A DNA stretch of 22,068 nt from Candidatus Hermodarchaeota archaeon (GTDB taxonomy: Archaea; Asgardarchaeota; Hermodarchaeia; Hermodarchaeales; Hermodarchaeaceae): NCBI GenBank assembly GCA_016840065.1, contig JAEOTB010000062.1, positions 1 to 22,068 on the forward strand, written 5' to 3'. The notes under the pieces were generated by a model. The model had not been told where the DNA came from, did no database searches, and worked only from the letters and a program-made list of their open reading frames with translations. Below are positions 17,388 to 22,068 of the stretch, in pieces (position 1 is the stretch's first letter; the number at the start of each line of letters is the position of its first letter). Position numbers and translations under genes: made by a program.

Positions 17388-17548
17388 TGGAATTAAGCCA
17401 AACATCACTGCCTGGTTATGTGACATCACCACGAGACCAGGACGGTGAAGGCGAAATCCGGACTTTAGAGAAAACCGACATTGACGAGATGTATTTAGGC
17501 TGGAAAGTCAGCCGCAGATGTACGATACTTGAGAAGAAGCGAATTTAG
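17387..17548 (+). CDS. Possible 53-aa small ORF or gene remnant
   Basis: ATG overlaps the upstream TAA (TAATG): MELSQTSLPGYVTSPRDQDGEGEIRTLEKTDIDEMYLGWKVSRRCTILEKKRI*. Confidence 0.3.
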   Translation: MELSQTSLPGYVTSPRDQDGEGEIRTLEKTDIDEMYLGWKVSRRCTILEKKRI

Positions 17549-17644
17549 AAAATCTGTAAAAATCTGGCTCGAGTAATTCGTAATAAAAAATGTTTTAACA
17601 CATCTAACGAAATCATTAGCAGATATCAGAAGGCAGGGTTCGCA

Positions 17645-18409
17645 ATGGCAGAAAAGGAGAATCCAATTAATACAGACTCTTCCTCAATAAATGCCCTATT
17701 GGGTGGGGGGCTGCGGCGCGGGACAACCTGTTTAATTGAAGAATTACATGGTGAATCAAGGGGAATCTCTGGATATCTCGGGTTCTCCTTTATCCGAACT
17801 AGCATCAATAAGGGCGAGAACTGCATCCTCCTTTTATCCGAGCATACTGTTAGTGAATACCGTGTGTTACCGGATATTCGGAAAATACTCTCTTCAGCTA
17901 AATCAGAACAATTAATCTTCATAGATGCCTTATCCTCGATGGGAATCGAGGAGCTATCGCAACCTGCCGAACCAGTAAATGGGTCAGTTGTCGTATGTTC
18001 AAATGTGCGTTACGCTGCCAAGTTCTATGATGAGCTTCGAAGCGCTTTCAGTTCTTTCGAGCGCCCAGTCGTGTACATTGACTCACTAAGCGTGCTTTTA
18101 GCAGCCATGGAATCCGACATAACAGCTTGGCGCTTCTGGGTGGGACTGTTACCCCTTATTCGTCACCAAGAGCTCACTATCTTCTCTTCATTTTATCCGC
18201 AGATGCATTCTAGCGAATTCGTAGAGAGTATAGAACGGGTATCAGACACTATTATCCGATTCACCTCTTCTCCTCCTCTGCCTAGAGAGAAGCGAATAAA
18301 TTACATTCAGATCGTTAAACATCGAGGAGTTCAGTTTGACGAAAAGGTGTATCCCTACACCCGAGATCGATTCAAGTTCCATATTTCTCACCGGGCACAG
18401 CTAAGCTAG
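17645..18409 (+). CDS. KaiC/RAD55-like RecA-superfamily protein with degenerate Walker A
   Basis: INALLGGGLRRGTTCLI, LIFIDA, VYIDSL (Walker B), ERVSDTIIRF and IQIVKHRG. The P-loop reads EELHGESRGISG with no GxxxxGK[ST]. Confidence 0.8.
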   Translation: MAEKENPINTDSSSINALLGGGLRRGTTCLIEELHGESRGISGYLGFSFIRTSINKGENCILLLSEHTVSEYRVLPDIRKILSSAKSEQLIFIDALSSMGIEELSQPAEPVNGSVVVCSNVRYAAKFYDELRSAFSSFERPVVYIDSLSVLLAAMESDITAWRFWVGLLPLIRHQELTIFSSFYPQMHSSEFVESIERVSDTIIRFTSSPPLPREKRINYIQIVKHRGVQFDEKVYPYTRDRFKFHISHRAQLS

Positions 18410-18466
18410 GTGTCAAATCGACTCGGACCAGAAATTATAAGGTATGAAATCACCTGCTCTTCCTCA

Positions 18467-19282
18467 ATGGTATCAAAGCTTCTAGCCCATGACTTCCATA
18501 TTCATACTCATTTCAGTCCTGATTCTGATGGAGAATTAAACGATTATGCAGAAGCAGGGCAACAACTCTCTTGCCATGTGGGTTATCTTGATCACTTTGA
18601 ACTGGCTTTCCAAGAACGTAAGGGCTATCTGAGTGAAGCGATGCTTCCTCTTCTTCTTGAGGAGTTCGACAAGACTCACTCGAAGTATCCAGAAACATCA
18701 ATTTCTCTTGAAATCGATTATTACTCACATCTTCATTCAGAGATAACCGAATTCTGTGACAATCATCGCCGAGATTTCGACTATCTTATCGGTAGTGTAC
18801 ATTGCGTTAACGAGCTAGCCGTTACTAGCCACAAAGAGGTAACTCTATTGGTGCAGAAATATGGACTAGTTGGAGTTCTGCGGCACTACTTCAACGAAGT
18901 GGAAGCAGCAGTTCATTCCAAGCTCTTTGATGGCATTGCTCATATCGACGCTGTTATGCGTTTTGCACCAAATTTCCCGAAATCCCTTTTACAGGCTGAA
19001 AATTACTGGCGCAAGCGAACACTAGAGCTAGGTGAACTTTGTAGTCAGTACAGACTCCCAGTTGAGGTTAATTTGACCGGGTTAAACTTTCCTTGGGGTC
19101 GTGTGCATCCTGACCAGGAAATTATCGATTTACTAGTTAAATCGGGTACCACCTTCTTCGTCGGTTCAGATTCCCACAGAGTGACCTCCTTTGTAAACTC
19201 CGTGCCTTTGGTTTGCCAGTTTACTAGATACCTTCAGGAAAGAGGGGCTTTACGGCTTCCAGGGAACGTCAACTCCTTATAA
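18467..19282 (+). CDS. PHP-domain phosphoesterase (histidinol-phosphatase HisJ-like)
   Basis: DFHIHTHFSPDS, LDH, LEID, IGSVH, AHID and GSDSH motifs. Start ATG 18467 chosen because TTATAA (18435-18440) lies ~27 nt upstream; ORF track gives 18410. Confidence 0.85.
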   Translation: MVSKLLAHDFHIHTHFSPDSDGELNDYAEAGQQLSCHVGYLDHFELAFQERKGYLSEAMLPLLLEEFDKTHSKYPETSISLEIDYYSHLHSEITEFCDNHRRDFDYLIGSVHCVNELAVTSHKEVTLLVQKYGLVGVLRHYFNEVEAAVHSKLFDGIAHIDAVMRFAPNFPKSLLQAENYWRKRTLELGELCSQYRLPVEVNLTGLNFPWGRVHPDQEIIDLLVKSGTTFFVGSDSHRVTSFVNSVPLVCQFTRYLQERGALRLPGNVNSL

Positions 19283-19390
19283 TAGCCAAGCCTTTTGGTG
19301 GAAAATACACGAAAGTAGTCGGATACTCGATACACTTTTCTTTTGAATGTGGCTCAAGTAGTTGTAATAGGAGTATCGTGAGGATAAAAA

Positions 19391-20719
19391 ATGGCGTCAG
19401 CAAGTGACAAGATTATCTGGGGCAAAGGCAGCCTCTCAGGGCATCGGTTTCACCTTCGAAAAGAGAAAGATGGCGGAGTGCTTGTTATTGATGCCTCAAG
19501 ACTGTTGTTCCTGAATGAAACAGGTTACGACTTTGCTGTGGCTGCGCTTCGCGGTGAATCAGAGGAAGATGTTATCAAACTAATTCAAAAGAAATACAGG
19601 AAAACTAGGGCAGAAGAGATAGTTGTTCACTATAATGAGTTGAAGGAGAAAATACTCTCCTTCGTTGCAGAGCCCGATGTCTCACCTATTGAAACCTTCG
19701 GCTTCGGTGAAGTCGAGCCCTTCTCTCATGAACCCTCTGCCCCCTACCGAGTAGATCTTGCCATCACTTATCGCTGTAACAACACCTGCTCTCATTGCTA
19801 TGTTCCACCAGAACGCCGTAAATGGGATAAAGCCAGCGAACTGGATACTGAATCGTGGAAACAAATTCTAGACAAACTTCTTGACCAAGCAATTCCACAT
19901 GTAACCTTCACCGGCGGCGAAGCCACGCTTCGAGACGATCTTGTTGAATTAGTACGCTATAGCGAAGACATTGGTATTATCGCTGGGCTAATTACGAATG
20001 GCCGACGCTTAACACAATCACTTGTGGATGATCTTGTCGAAGCTGGACTGGATTATGTTCAAATCACATTGGAATCGCATCTACCAAAGATTCATGACAA
20101 GATGGTTGGAGTGAATGGTGCTTGGAAGGAAACTGTTGCTGGCCTTGAACGCTTCATCGCGACTGATATCTTTACCCTCACTAACACCACTCTAACTCAG
20201 CTCAACCGACCTACTATTTTGGACACGATAAAATTCCTTGCTGAGAAGGGACAAACACACTTTGCTATGAATGGTCTTATCTATTCAGGTAGTGGTCTAG
20301 ATGTTGTAGACGAGTACGCCATTACTGAGGACGATCTCAATGATATCATAACAGAGGTCCTCGTCGAAGCTAGTGAAAATGACATACGAGTCATATGGTA
20401 CTCACCAACTCAATACTGTTATTTCGACCCAACAGATTATGGATTAGGCCCTCGTCGATGCAGCGCAGCCTTCTCCAGCCTTGCAATTGAACCTAATGGG
20501 GATGTGCTCCCCTGTCAGAGTTACTTCGAATCAATGGGAAATATCCTAAGAGATTCATGGAAAACCATTTGGAATCACCGGATAGCCAAGGCCTTACGGA
20601 GTCATAAAATGCTAGACAAGGAGTGCCAGACCTGTAAGTTGCTCAAAACCTGTGGTGGTGGGTGTCCTCTCTTCTCGCAATACAAACAAGTATGCTGCCA
20701 CCACTCGATTGGTGGTTAA
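19391..20719 (+). CDS. Radical SAM/SPASM protein with N-terminal PqqD-like (RRE) domain
   Basis: CNNTCSHC (CxxxCxxC), FTGGEA, ITNG, and SPASM cysteines CSAA...GDVLPC...CQTC-x5-CGGGC. N-terminal LFLNETG...EEDVIKLIQKKY...EEI winged-helix pattern. GTGAGG upstream. Confidence 0.92.
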   Translation: MASASDKIIWGKGSLSGHRFHLRKEKDGGVLVIDASRLLFLNETGYDFAVAALRGESEEDVIKLIQKKYRKTRAEEIVVHYNELKEKILSFVAEPDVSPIETFGFGEVEPFSHEPSAPYRVDLAITYRCNNTCSHCYVPPERRKWDKASELDTESWKQILDKLLDQAIPHVTFTGGEATLRDDLVELVRYSEDIGIIAGLITNGRRLTQSLVDDLVEAGLDYVQITLESHLPKIHDKMVGVNGAWKETVAGLERFIATDIFTLTNTTLTQLNRPTILDTIKFLAEKGQTHFAMNGLIYSGSGLDVVDEYAITEDDLNDIITEVLVEASENDIRVIWYSPTQYCYFDPTDYGLGPRRCSAAFSSLAIEPNGDVLPCQSYFESMGNILRDSWKTIWNHRIAKALRSHKMLDKECQTCKLLKTCGGGCPLFSQYKQVCCHHSIGG

Positions 20720-20724
20720 GGCAT

Positions 20725-21438
20725 TTGGAAAAGCCTTATTCTCCGTGCTTTCTCTGCAATCAGTCTCGTCGCACTCAACCCGCAAGACAATTTCTCTATA
20801 ATCAAATACCTAGGGTTAAAGGATTATTAACCCTAGATGTCGGATGTGGCACTGGTGTAATCACACCAGAACTCGCCACCTATACATCACATGCTACTGC
20901 TATTGGTATTGATATAGATTCAACAATTCTCGCCAAGGCAATCAACAGGAACAAATCTACGAATCTCCACTTTCTTCTTGCCGATGCGACGGCGCTTCCC
21001 TTCCGCGCAAACCTCTTCACATTTGCCCTCAGTCATTTCACTCTGATGTGGATTCCTAAGCGTATGAAAGCGTTATCAGAGACATTTCGCATACTTTGCT
21101 CAAAGGGGATATTAGCCGCTATAGAACCTGACTATTCAGGTCGTATCGAGGCGCGCAACTCCTCTCCCAAACAGGGTCTCCCTCCTCAATCCTCCCTCAT
21201 CAAATGCCTTCAAAACCTTGGAGCCGACCCTTTCTCAGGAAGTCAACTGCCAGCAGACCTTTCTATAGTTGGATTCACAAATACTCGTTTTGGTGTTCTT
21301 TCCTGGGAATTCAACAAAATTGGTGCACACAAAGAGATTCTTGGGGAGGCTGCCTTGCTAAAAACTCAGGGAATTCAATGGGATTTACCGACTTTTACTT
21401 TCACCCCAATTTTTTGGGTTCTTGCATCTAAGCCCTAA
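20725..21438 (+). CDS. Class I SAM-dependent methyltransferase
   Basis: LDVGCGTG, GIDID, ADATALPF, HFTLMW, AIEPDYSGRIE, GADP. Likely start is TTG at 20725, 5 nt after the rSAM stop; ORF track gives 20662. Confidence 0.85.
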   Translation: MEKPYSPCFLCNQSRRTQPARQFLYNQIPRVKGLLTLDVGCGTGVITPELATYTSHATAIGIDIDSTILAKAINRNKSTNLHFLLADATALPFRANLFTFALSHFTLMWIPKRMKALSETFRILCSKGILAAIEPDYSGRIEARNSSPKQGLPPQSSLIKCLQNLGADPFSGSQLPADLSIVGFTNTRFGVLSWEFNKIGAHKEILGEAALLKTQGIQWDLPTFTFTPIFWVLASKP

Positions 21439-21471
21439 TTGAAGTCGATGCCAGAAAAATGAAAGGAATGA

Positions 21472-21513
21472 CTTCTATCATAAAAATAGAAGAAGGAACG
21501 CCTGAGCGTTCCT
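21472..21513 (-). terminator. Hairpins plus U-rich tract between convergent genes
   Basis: aggaacg(21494-21500)/cgttcct(21507-21513) stem followed on the minus strand by TCTTCTATTTTT; second inverted repeat cttctat(21472-21478)/atagaag(21486-21492). Confidence 0.5.
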
Positions 21514-21517
21514 CCGA

Positions 21518-21940
21518 TCAGAGTGGTGTGTATGGTCTAAGCCAACCAAGCCATTCGAAGTAAATAATTGGTATCTCGATGAGGACGTAGATAACAAGGC
21601 ATAGAATACCGATAGCGACAGCGCCGCCAAATCCTACATCAAAGAAATGCATGAACAGCGGAAGATACACAACAAGCGTGATTAATCCAGCGATTGCGAG
21701 TTCCAATAAGTCTAGGAGTTGGATGCTGTATGGTAGACCTAATGTCGGAACTACGAAGTCAAAGATGTAACCTAAAACCTCATGAAGCACGAAACTTGTT
21801 AGTGAACCAATAAAGGCTACTATGATAGCATCAGAGAACTTAGCGTTAACGCCTGATACAATTCTTCCTGTAATGTAGAACACAATTGTTAGAATGACCC
21901 ACTTGACAAAAAATGAGATAAGTAGACTGATTAAATCCAT
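21518..21940 (-). CDS. Hypothetical 4-TM membrane protein
   Basis: Four hydrophobic helices, 140 aa, GGGAG upstream; loosely like small holin-type membrane proteins. Confidence 0.75.
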   Translation of the reverse strand: MDLISLLISFFVKWVILTIVFYITGRIVSGVNAKFSDAIIVAFIGSLTSFVLHEVLGYIFDFVVPTLGLPYSIQLLDLLELAIAGLITLVVYLPLFMHFFDVGFGGAVAIGILCLVIYVLIEIPIIYFEWLGWLRPYTPL

Positions 21941-22014
21941 AGGGCTCCCTTCTAGGGATTATTCTGTTAGTGGATGGGTGTAACACACGAATAAAGCTTA
22001 CCCTTAATGATGAA

Positions 22015-22068
22015 GAGAAAAAAAAGAAGGAATTCTCGAACACTCAACCTAACGGTAGGGTTCGAGAA
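22015..22068 (-). terminator. Bulged hairpin followed by a U8 tract (probable 3' end of an upstream transcript)
   Basis: ttctcgaac(22033-22041)/gttcgagaa(22060-22068), inner ccta/tagg stem, A8 at 22018-22025 (T8 on minus). Confidence 0.5.

Noticed and set aside
18407-18466. The TAG stop of the KaiC-like gene is in frame with the PHP ORF (possible amber/pyrrolysine read-through fusion)
   Set aside because: A TTATAA box at 18435-18440 and ATG 18467 give PHP its own start. A 19-codon open in-frame spacer is easily chance, and no pyl genes are in view.
19283-19390. Search for a RiPP precursor immediately upstream of the rSAM gene
   Set aside because: The gap is 108 bp with only trivially short frames; it looks like terminator, promoter and RBS sequence.
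20662-20724. Apparent 58-bp overlap between the rSAM and methyltransferase genes
   Set aside because: An artefact of longest-ORF calling; the in-frame TTG at 20725 removes the overlap.
22033-22068. Hairpin containing GAA as a possible archaeal SECIS element
   Set aside because: The GAA is fully paired rather than in a GAA/A internal loop, and no in-frame UGA selenoprotein is seen in the window.
1-22068. Mobile element, provirus or defence island
   Set aside because: No integrase, transposase, viral structural or recognisable defence genes. The holin-like membrane protein is a generic 4-TM protein.

Overview
Gene-dense, moderate-GC archaeal chromosomal window. TATA-type promoters, TTG/GTG starts, a DUF2299-like protein, a geranylgeranyl-reductase-family enzyme and a single-domain KaiC-like protein suggest Asgard/Bathyarchaeia-like sediment archaea (inferred from gene content only). 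Left minus-strand run: GGR-family reductase, M50-like membrane protein, TIGR04076-like protein, membrane-anchored DUF362 protein, HEAT-repeat protein, adenosine deaminase and an edge-truncated DUF6054-like gene. Middle: heterodimeric ABC exporter with a tandem palindromic operator, two SAM methyltransferases, an unannotated 57-aa membrane protein and corA. Right plus-strand run: M42 aminopeptidase, MscS, GyrI-like protein, a KaiC-like protein lacking Walker A, a PHP phosphoesterase, and a PqqD/RRE-fused radical SAM-SPASM enzyme followed by a methyltransferase. The most notable signals are (i) a candidate multi-helix structured ncRNA at ~7007-7138, (ii) the rSAM-SPASM + methyltransferase pair with no visible precursor peptide, (iii) the tandem operator over the ABC exporter promoter, and (iv) two apparent pseudo-enzymes. 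No tRNA, rRNA, CRISPR array or transposase was seen. All family assignments come from motif recognition by eye, not database searches.
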